Source of the DNA: Heterodontus francisci
Lineage: Eukaryota
Assembly (NCBI RefSeq): GCF_036365525.1
Contig: NC_090399.1
Span: 21,896,529-21,960,528, forward strand
Length of the DNA: 64,000 nt
Direction of reading: 5' to 3'
The translations under genes and the position numbers were made by a program. Under the pieces are notes generated by a model. That model did no database searches. It was not told the DNA's origin and saw only the letters and a list, made by a program, of their open reading frames with translations. Below, piece after piece: positions 52,790 through 64,000 of this stretch. Each line of letters starts with the position of its first letter. Positions within the stretch are counted from its first letter, which is position 1.

Positions 52790-53850
52790 GATGACTGACA
52801 GACCAAAAGAGAGGGTGTCCAGGTTCTCCGACATAGCACAGATGGTCCTGATAGAGGAGTTACAGAGGAGAAGGGATTTTAAGAACACAACAACATAAGA
52901 AATAGGAGCAGGAGTAGACTATTTGATCCCTCAAGCTTGTGCTGCCATTTAATAATATCATCACTGATTTGATCGTGGCCTTAACTCCAGTTTACGGTCT
53001 GCTCCACATAACCCAAAGGAGGTGACAGAGGCAACTAATGTGACACATGTGGGAGGAGATCGCTCAGGTGGTAACATCCAGGAGCCCCAGTTCAAGCCAT
53101 GGCTCCAGTGCTGGAAAAAATGTAAAGATTTGACACATGTGGTTAAGGTAAGATCTCATCTCACAAACACATTTCTCAATAACTGCAACACCACCACCAG
53201 CATCTCAACTTCAACACAGTTCATCCATTATCTAACTATACACTGATGGTCACACACCCAATACTAATGCATGCTTCACAGGCACAACACACATCTCACA
53301 AAATCTGTCAATACAATTATTTACAATCACCACTCTTTTTCGTTCAAGACAAACTAACAGATAATAGGTGGCATTAGGACCTAAATGAAGGGGAGGACAA
53401 CCACAAGAACACAAGAAATAGGAGTAGGAGTAGACCATAAAGCCCATTGAGCCTGCACCACCATTCAATACTATCATGGCTGACTTTAGGCTTAAACTCC
53501 ACTTTCCTGCCTGCTCGCCATATCCTTTGATTCCCTGAGAGACTAAAAATATGTCTATCCCCGCCTTAAATGTACTCAGCGATGGAGCATCCACAACCCG
53601 CTGGGACAAAGATTCACACCCCTTTGAGTGAAGTAACCTCTCCTCATCTCAGTCCGAAATGACTGGCCCCTTATCCTGCGATTGTGTCACCATGTTTTAG
53701 ATTACCTTACCATCGGAAACAATATCTCAGCTTCTACCCTATCCAACCCACCAGGATCTCATATGTTTCAATGATTCAATGTTTCAACCATGTCTGCATA
53801 ACATCACTTGAGGAGGCAGTGCTGGCTATGATTGGGAGTGGAATAGGAGA
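52790..53850 (+). pseudogene. Decayed Harbinger-associated Myb/SANT-domain gene, interrupted by CR1 fragments (~52880-53015 and ~53404-53770)
   Basis: ERVSRFSD..VLIEELQRRRD, WEEIAQVV, QCWKKCKDLTHVVK|gtaag and SLEEAVLAMIG. Confidence 0.65.
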
Positions 53851-54744
53851 TGTCACAGGAGAGCAGGTAGGATTTTGATTGGTGAGTATTGAGGGTTCCT
53901 TTTCTAAACTAGGGCAGTGGTTTGAACTAGGACCAGGAAACTTTAAAGTACTGCATTAAATTTATAGATTAACTAATTAAAATAATTAATATAGTTACAT
54001 GTAATCATTAAATAATCAGACAAAAGGAGAAGCCTGGAAGCAGAGCAGCACAGCTTGTAAAACTGAATCAAATGGGAAGGGAAAATCAATAATATCGCAA
54101 AGTGACATCACAGATCAGGGAGTCACGTGGGGTGAGTATACTGGTAAGATTTTAATGTAAATTAATCGACTATAAAGTGACTGGACCAATTAATTAGTAT
54201 CAAAACTAAAGGCAAATTGGTATTTTATCATATAATTGCAATCAGAGTTCAATTCACTGATCAAATCTAGGGGATAAAGTTAAATTAAATAACAAGGGAT
54301 AATAACAGTAAGAGTTCTAAATTTTTCAAAAAAATTAAAATCTGAGATATATAAATAATAAGTTAGGTAAAATATTTAACTGCCCATAAAATAGGGTGAC
54401 ATCAGCACAAAGGAAACAGCTGATTGGTGAGTAGCTGGTGAGTCTTCAGTTAAGTCTTAAGTGTATTTCAAAGTCAGTTAATAGTCTAATAAATAGAGGC
54501 ATGGTTGGACATCTCAGTCCCATGGTATGCACATTTTGTTCTATGTGGGAGCTCTAGGACACTTCTTGTGACCTGGACAACCACATGTTCAGGAAGTGTC
54601 GTCAGCTGGAGCAGATCAAGCTCTGGGTTTCGGAGCTTGAACAGCAGATGGCATCACTGCAGTGTATCAACAAGGTTGAGAGTTTCATAGATATCACATT
54701 TCTGGATGTGGTCAGCCCACGACTTTAGGGTGTGCAGGCAGAGA

Positions 54745-56178
54745 GTCACGGAGCAAAGGCAAACAATATGTTAATGGTGTGTTGAAAGACAAAGCATTAG
54801 TACAGATTAGGTGTTAATACACTGAATATTGAACAGCAGCAAGTGCAAACCTGAAAAAAACAGTGGGTAAGCAAACTGAACAAACTAAGATGAAATGAAA
54901 TAAATGCAAAAAAAAGATTGTAAAAAGTGTAAAAAAGAATGTTTAAAAAAAGGAAGAAAAAACAACTAAAAATGAAAGTAAAATGGGGGGCTGTCATGCT
55001 CTGAAATTATTGAACTCAATGTTCAGTCCGGCAGGCTGCAGTGTGACTAATCGGTAAATGAGATGCTGTTCCTCGAGCTTGCATTGATGTTCACTGGAAC
55101 ACTCCAGCAATCCCAGGACAGAGATGTGAGCATGAGAGCAGGGGGGAGTGTTGAAATGGCAAGCAACTGGAAGCTCAGGGTCCTGCTTGCGGACTGAGCG
55201 GAGATGTTCCGCAAAGCGGTCACCCAGTCTGCGCTTGGTCTCCCCAATGTAGAGGAGACCACACTGTGAGCAGCGAATACAGTATACTACATTGAAAGAA
55301 GTACAAGTAAATCGCTGCTTCACCTGAAAGGAGTGTTTGGGGCCTGGGATAGTGAGGAGAGAGGAGGTAAATGGCGATTGCAGGGGAAGGTGCCATGGGA
55401 TGGGGACGAGGTGGTGGGGGTAATGGAGGAGTGGACCAGGGTGTCGCGGAGGGAACGATCCCTTCGGAATGCTGACAGGGGAAGGGAGGGGAAGATGCGA
55501 CTGGTAGTGGCATCACGCTGGAGGTGGCGGAAATGGCGGAGGATGATCCTTTGGATATGGAGGCTGGTGGGGTGAAAAGTGAGGACAAGGGGAACCCTGT
55601 CACGGTTCTGGGAGGGAGGGGAAGGGGTGAGGGTAGAGGTGCGGGGAATGGGTCGGACACGGTTGAGGGCCCTGTCAACCACAGTGGGGGGAAATCCTCG
55701 GTTGAGGAAAAAGGAGGTCATATCAGAAGCACCGTCATGGAAGGTAGCATCATCAGAGCAGATGCATCGGAGACGGAGAAACTGGGAGAATGGAATGGAG
55801 TCCTTACAAGAGGTAGGGTGTGAAGAAGTGTAGTCGATATAGCTGTGGGAGTCGGTGGGCTTATAATGGATATTAGTAGACAACCTATCCCCAGAGATGG
55901 AGACAGAGAAGTCAAGGAAGGGAAGGGAAGTGTCAGAGATGGACCATGTAAAGGTGAGAGAAGGGTGGAAATTGGAAGCAAAGTTGATAACGTTTTCCAG
56001 TTCGGGGCGGGAGCAGGAAACGGCACCGATACAGTTATCAATGTACCAGAAAAAGAGTTGGGGGAGGGGGCCTGAGTAGGACTGGAACAAAGAATGCTCG
56101 ACATATCCCACAAAAAGACAGGCATAACTAGGACCCATGCGGGTACCCATAGCGACACCTTTTACTTGAAGGAAGTGA
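54745..56178 (-). mobile_element. Penelope-like retroelement fragment (RT C-terminal part + GIY-YIG)
   Basis: ORFs 55320-56150 (MGTRMGPSYACLF, WYIDNC, LPFLD, YKPTDSHSY) and 54994-55323 (VYCIRC..LYIGETKRRLGDRFAEH). It sits inside a CR1 ORF1. Confidence 0.88.
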
Positions 56179-57850
56179 TATATTGCCTCCCTGGTGTCAG
56201 GATCAAGGATGTCACTGAGCAGCTGCAGAACACTCTGAGAGGGGATGGTGAACAGCCAGTGGTTCTAGTCCATATCAGTACCAATAACATAGATTAAAAA
56301 AAAGGGATGAGGTCCTGCAGATTGATTTTCGGGAGCTAGGAAAGAAACTAGCAAGCAGGACCACAGAGGTAGTAATCTCCAGATTACTTTCAGTGACACG
56401 TGCTAATGGGTATAGGAATAGGAGGACAGAACAGATAAATGCATGGCTGGAGAGATGGTGCAGGAAGAAGGGTTTTAGTTTCCTGGGACGTTGGGACCAG
56501 TTCAGGGGAGATGGGATCTGTGCAGGCCGGATGGGTTGCACCTAAATAGAGCCGAATTCAATGTCCTTGTGGGACAGTTTGCCAAAGCTATTGGGGAGGG
56601 GTAAACTAATGTGGCAGCGGGATGGGAACCAGGAGGAAACATTAGAGAGGAAAAACAAGGTGCACAAAGAATTATGAGAGACAGTTGGCACTGGAGTGGG
56701 ATATAGTAGTGTGTTAGGTGGGGTCAGAGTAAGAGGGAATGTAATTAGGTCTCAATTAGGTTTACAGTGCATGTAAGTGAACGCACGGAGTGTGGTACAT
56801 CAGGTTGGTGAGCTGCAGGCACGGGTAGCCACATGGGAGTATGATGTTGTGCTGATAATAGAGAAGTGACTCAAAAAGGGAAGGACTGAATACAAAATGT
56901 TCCTGGATACAAGTTGTTCAAGAAGGATAGGGAAGAAAAGAAAGGAGAAGGGGTGGGAGTATTGATTAAGATAATGTTACACTGTTGGAAAGAGACAATG
57001 TCCCAGAGGAGTCAAAGATAGAATCTATTTGATTACAGCTAAGAAATAACAGAGGTACCATTACACTATTGGGTGTAGTCTATAAGCCTCCAACTTGTGG
57101 GAAATATCTAGAGAAACAAATTTGCAAGGAAATTACAGAGAGGTGCAAAAACTGTAGAGTAGTCATAATGGGAGACTTTAATTATCCTAATATAGACTGG
57201 GATAGTAATAGAGTAAAGGGCAGAGAGGGGGGAAGAGTTTCTGAAGTGTGTTCAGGAGGATTTTCTACATCAGTATGTTTGCAGTTAAGACACTGGATAG
57301 GCGAAAAATTGATTAAGAGGAAGTATTAGAAAGGCTGGCTGTAGTTAAAGTTGATAAGTCATCAGGACCGGATGATAAGCATTGAGGATACTGAGGGAAG
57401 GAAGGGTGGAAATTGCAGAGGACTGGCTAGTACCATCCAATCCTTCTTAGATACAGGGATGGTGCCAGAAAACTGGAGCATTGCAAATGTTAAACCCTTG
57501 TTCAAAAACAGGGTGTAAGGATAAACCCAGCAACTGCAGACCAGTCAATTTAACCTCAGTTGTAGAGAAGCATTTAGAGATGTTTATCTGGGACAACATT
57601 AGTCACTTGGACAAATGTGGATTTATTAAGGAAAGCCAGCATGGATTTGTTATGGGCAAATCGTGTTTAACTAATTTGATTGAGTTTTTTTCGATGAAGT
57701 AATATAGAAAGTTGATGAGGTTAATGCAGTTGATAAAGTGCCTTATAATAGGCTTGTTGGCAAAGTTGAAGCCCATGGAATAAAAGGGACAGTAGCAGCA
57801 TGGATACAAAGTTGGCTGAGTGACAGGAAACAGAGTATTGATGAATGGTT

Positions 57851-57984
57851 CCGATGAAGGGTCACTGACCCGAAACGTTAACTCTGCTTCTCTTTCCACA
57901 GATGCTGCCAGACCTGCTGAGTGGTTCCAGCATTTCTTGTCTTTATTTCAGATTTCCAGCATCCGCAGTGTTTTGCTTTTATTA
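57851..57984 (+). mobile_element. Solo Penelope-like terminal repeat with hammerhead motif, inserted in a CR1
   Basis: CCGATGAAGGGTCACTGACCCGAAACGTTAACTC... with 15-bp TSD TATTGATGAATGGTT (57836-57850 and 57985-57999). Confidence 0.87.
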
Positions 57985-58714
57985 TATTGATGAATGGTTG
58001 TTTTATGGGTGAGAGGAAGTGAGACAGTAGGGTTCCCAGGGGTCAGTACTAGTACCACTGTTTTAAATGATATATATTAATGACCTAGACTTGGGAGTAC
58101 AGGGTACAATTTCAAAATTTGCAGATGACACAAATCGTGGAAGTATTGTGAACTGTGAGGAGGACAGTGAGAGACTTCAAGAGGACATAGAAAGGCTGGT
58201 GGAATGGGCAGACACGTGGCAGATGAAATTTAATGTGGAGAAGTGTGAAGTGATGCATTTTGGTAGGAAGAACGAGGAAAAGCAATACAAAATAAGGGAT
58301 CCAGTTCTAAAGAGGGTGTAGGGGCAGAAGCAGCTGGAGGTATAATGTGAACAAATCATTGAAGATGGCAGGGTACATTGAGAAAGTGGTTAAAAGGGCA
58401 AATGGGATCCTGTGTTTTATAAATAGAGGCATACAGTACAAAAGCAATGACATTGTGGTGAATCTTTATAAAACTTTGGTTCAGCCTCAATTTGAGTATT
58501 GTGTCCAATTCTGAGCACCACACTTTAAGAAGGAGGCAAAGGCATTAGAGGGGGCGCAGAAAGATTTATGAGAATGGTTCCGGGGATGAAAGACTTCAGT
58601 TATGTGGGTAGATTGGCAAGGCTGGAGTGTTCTCTTCAGAGAAGGTTTAGAGGAGATTTGATCGAGGCTTTCAAAATCATGAGGGGTCAAGACAGAATAG
58701 ATAGGGAGAAAGAT

Positions 58715-59693
58715 AGGGAGGTGAGGTGAGAGTGACTGTCCTGACATCAAGGCAGCATTTGGCCCAGTATGGCATCTTGGAGCCCAAGCAGAACTTCGCT
58801 GATGATTGCACATTGTTCAGCACTATTTGTGACTCCTCAGAAACTGACGCAGCCCATGTACAAATGCAGCAAGACCTAGACAACATCCAGGCTTGTGCTG
58901 ATAAGTGGAAAGCAACTTTCGTGCCACACAAGTACCAGGCAATAACCATCTGAAACAAGAGAGAACCTAAACATCTCCCCTTGACGTTCATGGCATCACC
59001 ATCGCTGAATCCCCCACTATCAACATCCTGGGGGTCACCATAGACCAGAAACCGAACTGGATCAGCCATGTAAATGCTGTGGCTATAAGAGCAGGTCAGA
59101 GGCTGGGCATTCTGCAGCAAGTAACTCACCTCCTGACTCCCCAATGCCTGTCCACCATGTACAAGGCACAAGTCAGGAGTGTAATGGAATACTCTCCACT
59201 TGCCTGGATGGGTGCAGCTCCAACAACACTGAAGAAACTCAACACCATCCAGGACAAAGCAGCGCACTTGATTGACATCCCATCTATCACCTTCAACACT
59301 CACTCCCTCCATCACTGACGCACAGTGGCAGTAGTGTGTACCATCTACAAGAAGCACTACAGCAACTCACCAAGGCTGCTTCGACGGCACCTCCCAAACC
59401 CACAACCTTTACCATCCAGAAGGACAAGGACAGCAGATGCATAGGAACACTACCACCTCCAAGTTCCCCTCCAAGCCACACACCATCCTGACTTGGAACT
59501 ATATCGACATTCCTTCACTGTTGCTGGGTCAAAATCCTGGAACTCCCTTCCCAACAGCACTATTGGGGTACATACACCACAAGGACTGCAGCGGATCACA
59601 AACACAGCTCACCATAACTTTCTCAACGACAATTAGGGATGGGCAATAAATGCCGGCCTAGCCAACGACGCCCTCGAACGAATTAAAAAAAAA
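58715..59693 (+). mobile_element. 5'-truncated LINE (CR1/L2 superclade, distinct family) with AATAAA and A-tail
   Basis: FADDCT, QQDLDNIQ and YKAQVRSVMEY motifs; GCAATAAATGC..AAAAAAAAA end. Confidence 0.8.
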
Positions 59694-59734
59694 ACTGTTC
59701 CTATTAGTGGAAGGGCCAAGAGCCTGAAGGACGA

Positions 59735-60716
59735 TGGTAGCATAGTGGTAATATTACTGGACTAGTAATCTAGATACCCAGACTAATTCTCTGGAAACAT
59801 GATTTCAAATCCCACCATAGCTGCTGGTCAAATTTAAATTTAATTAATAAATCTGGAATTAAAATGTGAATCTCATTAATCCTTCTTCTTCTTTGGCCTC
59901 CTTGTCTCGAGAGACAATGGGTAAGCACCTGGACGTGGTCAGTAGTTTGTGGAGCAGCGCCTGGAGTGGCTGTAAAGGCCAATTCTAGAGTGACAGACTC
60001 TTCCACAGGTGCTGCAGATAAAATTGGTTGTCGGGGCTGGTACACAGTTGTCTCTCCCCTTGCGCTTCTGTCTTTTTCCTGCCAACTGCTAAGTCTCTTC
60101 GACTCGCCACACTTTAGCCCCGCCTTTATGGCTGCCTGCCAGCTCTGGCGATCACTGGCAACTGACTCCCACGACTTGGGATCAATGTCACAGAACTTCA
60201 TGTCACATTTGCAGACATCTTTAAAGCGGAGACATGGACGACCGGTGGGTCTGATACCGGTGACGAACTCGCTGTACAATGTGTCCTTGGGATCCTGCCA
60301 TCTTCCATGCGGCTCACATGGCCAAGCCATCTCAAGCGCCGCTGGCTCAGTAGGGTGTATATGCTGGGGATGTTGGCCGCCTCGAGGACTTCTGCGTTGG
60401 AGATACGGTCCTGCCACCTGATGCCAAGGATTCTCCGGAGGCAGTGAAGATGGAATGAGTGAGACGTCACTCTTGGCTGACATACATTGTCCAGGCCTAG
60501 TTGCCATAGAGCAAGGTACTGAGGACACAGGCTTGATACACTCGGACTTTAGTGTTCTCATGAATAATAATTGAGAAACTACCCATCTGGCTCATTAATG
60601 TACAGCCTAGAAAAGGGGAGGAAATCTACTGTCCTTACCTAGTCTGGTTTATATGTGACTGCAGACCCACAGCAATGTTGTTGACGTATAATTGCCCTCT
60701 GAAATGGCTCAGCAAG
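59735..60716 (+). mobile_element. tRNA-derived SINE interrupted by an RTE
   Basis: A-box-like TAGCATAGTGGTAA and B-box-like TTCAAATCCC; the SINE core resumes after 60560. Confidence 0.6.
59881..60555 (-). mobile_element. RTE-clade LINE 3' fragment, same family as 9232-10246, inserted in a SINE
   Basis: SQRRLRWLGHV, GRPCLRFKDVCK; GAA-repeat tail. Confidence 0.88.
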
Positions 60717-61180
60717 TGTTATGGCCAAATGGTAAGGAGTGTGGGTGATCCCCACTGTTCACCTCCCAACTGACCACAGTTGTGTTTTGATTAAAATGAT
60801 GAGTTAGCTCCTGAGTGCTACTTGCCAAATAAACAGACAGTGACAGGTTTTCTTGTAGGCTTAAAACAGCAGATGAATTATTTATTGAAAATTATTCATT
60901 CCCCGAAATGTTTGCAACACCACTTAAGCACACATTCACTCTCACATGCACTCTCAAGGGGAGATAGATAGATGGCAAAGGTTCAAGATGTAGCAGGTGG
61001 TTGTGGTTTATGACAAACGTGTTGAATCTTCAAGTAGAACAGCCTTTTTTAAAGATGTCGGCCTGTGTTCTTTGTAATCTTGACTTGTTGAGATGTTGTA
61101 GATTTCTGGTGGTTAAGATTTCAGATTGGAGGTGGTGGGCCACTTTCAGTTGTCTGCTACACCAATTTGAAGTGTCGAAA
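60717..61180 (-). mobile_element. LTR-like 3' portion, same family as 1694-2294
   Basis: Reverse complement CAATAAATAATT..CCTACAAGAAAACC..GAACAGTGGG..GCCATAACA aligns with 2119-2294. Confidence 0.55.
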
Positions 61181-64000
61181 TCATAGCAGGGTCATAGCGT
61201 CATAGAGTCGTACAGCATAGAAACAGGCCCTTCGGCCCACTGCGGCCATGCCGACCATAATGCCTGTCTATACTAATCCCATCTGCCTGCATTAATTCCA
61301 TATCCCTCTATGCCTTTCTCATTCAAGTACCTGTCCAGATGTCTCTTAAATGTTGCTACTGTTCCTGCCTCCACCACCTCCTCTGGCAGCTCATTCCAGA
61401 TTACCCACTATTCTTTGTGTGAAAAATTTACCCCTTTGATCCCCTTTAAACCTCCTCCCTCTCACCTTAAATCTATGCCCTCTAGGTTTAGTCACCCCTA
61501 CCATGGGAAACAGACTCTGACTATCCACCCTATCTATGCCTCTCAGAATTTTGTATACCTCTATCATGTCCCCTCTCAGCCTCCTTCGCTCTAGGGAAAA
61601 CAGACCCAGCCTATCCAATCTCTCTTTATAACTCTTCCAAACCAGGCAACATCCTGGTGAATCTTTTCTGCACCCTCTCTAGCTTAATCACATCTTTCCT
61701 GTAGTGCGGCGAAGAGAACTACACACAGTACTCCAAATGTGGCCTGAACAACGTTATGTACAACTGTAACATGACGTCCCAACTCTTGTACTCAATGCCT
61801 CGGCCGATGAAGGCAAGCATGCCATACGCCTTCTTCACCACCTTGTCTACCTGTGTTCTCACTTTCAGGAAACTATGTACTTGCACCCCAAGGTCTCTCT
61901 GCTCAAAAACATTGCCCAGGGCCCTGCCATTCACTGTATATGTCCTGCCCTGGTTTAACTTCCCAAAATGCATCACTTCACACTTGTCTGCATTAAATTC
62001 CATTTGCCAATCCCTGCCCACTTTCCCAGTTAATCTATATCCTGTTGTAACCTTAGACAACCTTCTTCACTGTCCATCATACCACCAATTTTGGTGTCAT
62101 TTGCAAACTTACTAATCATGCCCTTTACATTCACATCCAAGTCATTAATAGATATGACAAACAACAGAGGGCCCAGCACCGATCCCTGCGGCACACCACT
62201 GGTCACCGGCCTCCAATCTGAAAAACAACCCTCCACTACCACCCTCTGCCTCCTATCACCAAGCCAATTTTGTAAACAAATGGCCAGCTCACCCTGGATC
62301 CCATGTGTTCGAACCTTCTGGACCAGCCTACCATGCGGGACCTTGTCAAAGGCCTTGCTAAAGTCTATGTAGACAACGTCCATTGCCCTGCCTTTGTCAA
62401 TCCTCTTGGTCACCTCCTCAAAAAACTCAATCAAATTTGTGAGACATGATTTCCCACGCACAAAGCCATGCTGACTATCCCTAATCAGACCAAATGCATA
62501 TAAATCCTGTCTCTCAGAATCCCTTCCAATAATTTTCCCACCACTGATGTAAGGCTCACCGGCCTGTAGTTCCCCGGCTTATCCCTGCTGCCCTTCTTAA
62601 TTAAAGGCACAACATTAGCTATCCTCCAGTCTTCCGGTACCTCACCCATGGCTAACGATGATACAAAAATCTCTGCCAGGGCCCCAGCAATCTCCTCCCT
62701 TGCTTCCCAGAGCATCCTAGGATACACCTGGTCAAGCCCTGGGGATTTATCCACCTTAATGCGCTTCAAAAGCTCCAACACCTCCTCCTTTGTAATGTTG
62801 ATATGCTCCAGGATATCGCTGTTCCCTCCCTTGAACTCACCAGCTTCCATGACCTTCTCCACGGTAAATACAGACGAGAAGTATTCGTTTAAGACCTTGG
62901 CCATTTCCCGTGGCTCCACACATAGATTGCCACACTGATCCTTAAGGGGACCTACTCTCTCCCTAGCTACCCTTTTACTCATAATATACTTATAGAATCT
63001 TTTAGGATTCTCCTTTATCTTATCTGCCAGGAAAATCTCATGGCCCCTTTTTGCCCTCCTAATTTCCTTAAGTGTACTCCTACATTCCCTATACTCCTCG
63101 AGGGACTTGCTTGATCCCAGTTGCCTATACCTGACATATGCCTCCTTCTTTGTCCTGACCAGGCCCTCAATATCCCTCGTCAACCAAGGTTCCCTAAACT
63201 TGCCAGCCTTGCCCTTCCATCTAACAGGAACATGCTGGCCCTGAACTCTTCCTATCTCACTTTTAAAAGCCTCCCACCTGCCTGATGTCCCTTTACCTGT
63301 AAAGAGCCTCTCCCATTCAACTTTTGAGAGCTCATGTCTGATGCCATCGAAATTAGCCTTCCCCCAATTTAGGCCTTCAACCTGAGGACCAGTCCTATCC
63401 TTTTCCATAACTATCTTGACGCTAATAGAGTTATGGTCACTGGTCCCAAAGTGCTCCCCCACTGACACATCAACCACCTGCCCAGCCTCATTTCCCAAGA
63501 GGAGGTCGAGTGTAGCCCCTTCTCTAGTAGGGCCATGCACATACTGCTTCAGAAAACTATCCTGGACACACTTAACAAATTCTTCCCCATCTGATCCCTT
63601 AGCACTAAGGCAGTCCGAGTCAATATTAGGGAAGTTAAAATCACCTACAATTACAACCCTATAATTCCTACACCTATCTGTGATATCACTCCATATATGC
63701 TCCTCCAATTCCCTCTGACTATTGGGGGCCTATAGTATAATCCCATCAAAGTGATTATCCCTTTCTTATTTCTAAGTTCTACCCTTATGGTCTCGCTCGA
63801 CGTTCCCCCCCGGGATATCCTCTCAAAGTACTGCCATGATGACCCCCCTAATCAATAGTGCAACTCCCCCTCCTCTCTTACCTCCACCTCTGTCACGCCG
63901 GATGTATCGGTACCCCGGAACATTGAGCTGCCAGTCCTGCCCATCCCTCAACCACGTTTCCGTAATAGCTATAATATCACAATCCCATGTACTGATCCAT
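61181..64000 (-). mobile_element. Relatively young CR1 LINE (EN-RT), running off the window edge
   Basis: ORFs 62485-63708, 62030-62461, 61719-62060 and 61391-61618 are consecutive frameshifted CR1 ORF2 pieces; 3' tail near 61181. Confidence 0.93.

Larger units (their letters stand above)
53850..58720 (+). mobile_element. Decayed near-full-length CR1 with Penelope-like insertions
   Basis: ORF1 start near 54500, esterase portion 56180-56610 (CLPGVRIKDV), ORF2 EN/RT fragments 56770-58720. Confidence 0.8.

Overview
This is eukaryotic DNA, very likely from a shark or other cartilaginous fish; the HE1-type SINEs and CR1-dominated repeats are recognised from memory, not from a search. Most of the window is nested retroelement debris: CR1, L2, RTE, Tx1-like and Penelope-like elements, SINEs, LTR-like pieces, and Harbinger/hAT remnants. 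Almost all ORFs in the supplied track come from these repeats. One host gene can be assembled by hand on the minus strand from five phase-consistent GT-AG exons: 39034-38959 (signal peptide), 37931-37557 (IgV), 26127-26026 (stalk/TM), 23552-23473 (cytoplasmic) and 17802-17671 (ITIM and stop). They total 765 nt and encode a 254-aa type I receptor with a single IgV domain of the CD2/SLAM/CEACAM/HEPACAM type. It has an Arg at the TM edge, a C-terminal ITIM (VLYSEI) and candidate alternative tail exons. The most notable non-coding signal is five copies of a minimal hammerhead-ribozyme motif from the terminal repeat of a Penelope-like (GIY-YIG) retroelement. Three copies are solo ~100-135 nt insertions that begin at the ribozyme core, and two of those have perfect target-site duplications. 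One solo copy supplies the first AATAAA downstream of the receptor stop codon. Repeat boundaries are approximate unless a TSD or TIR is quoted.
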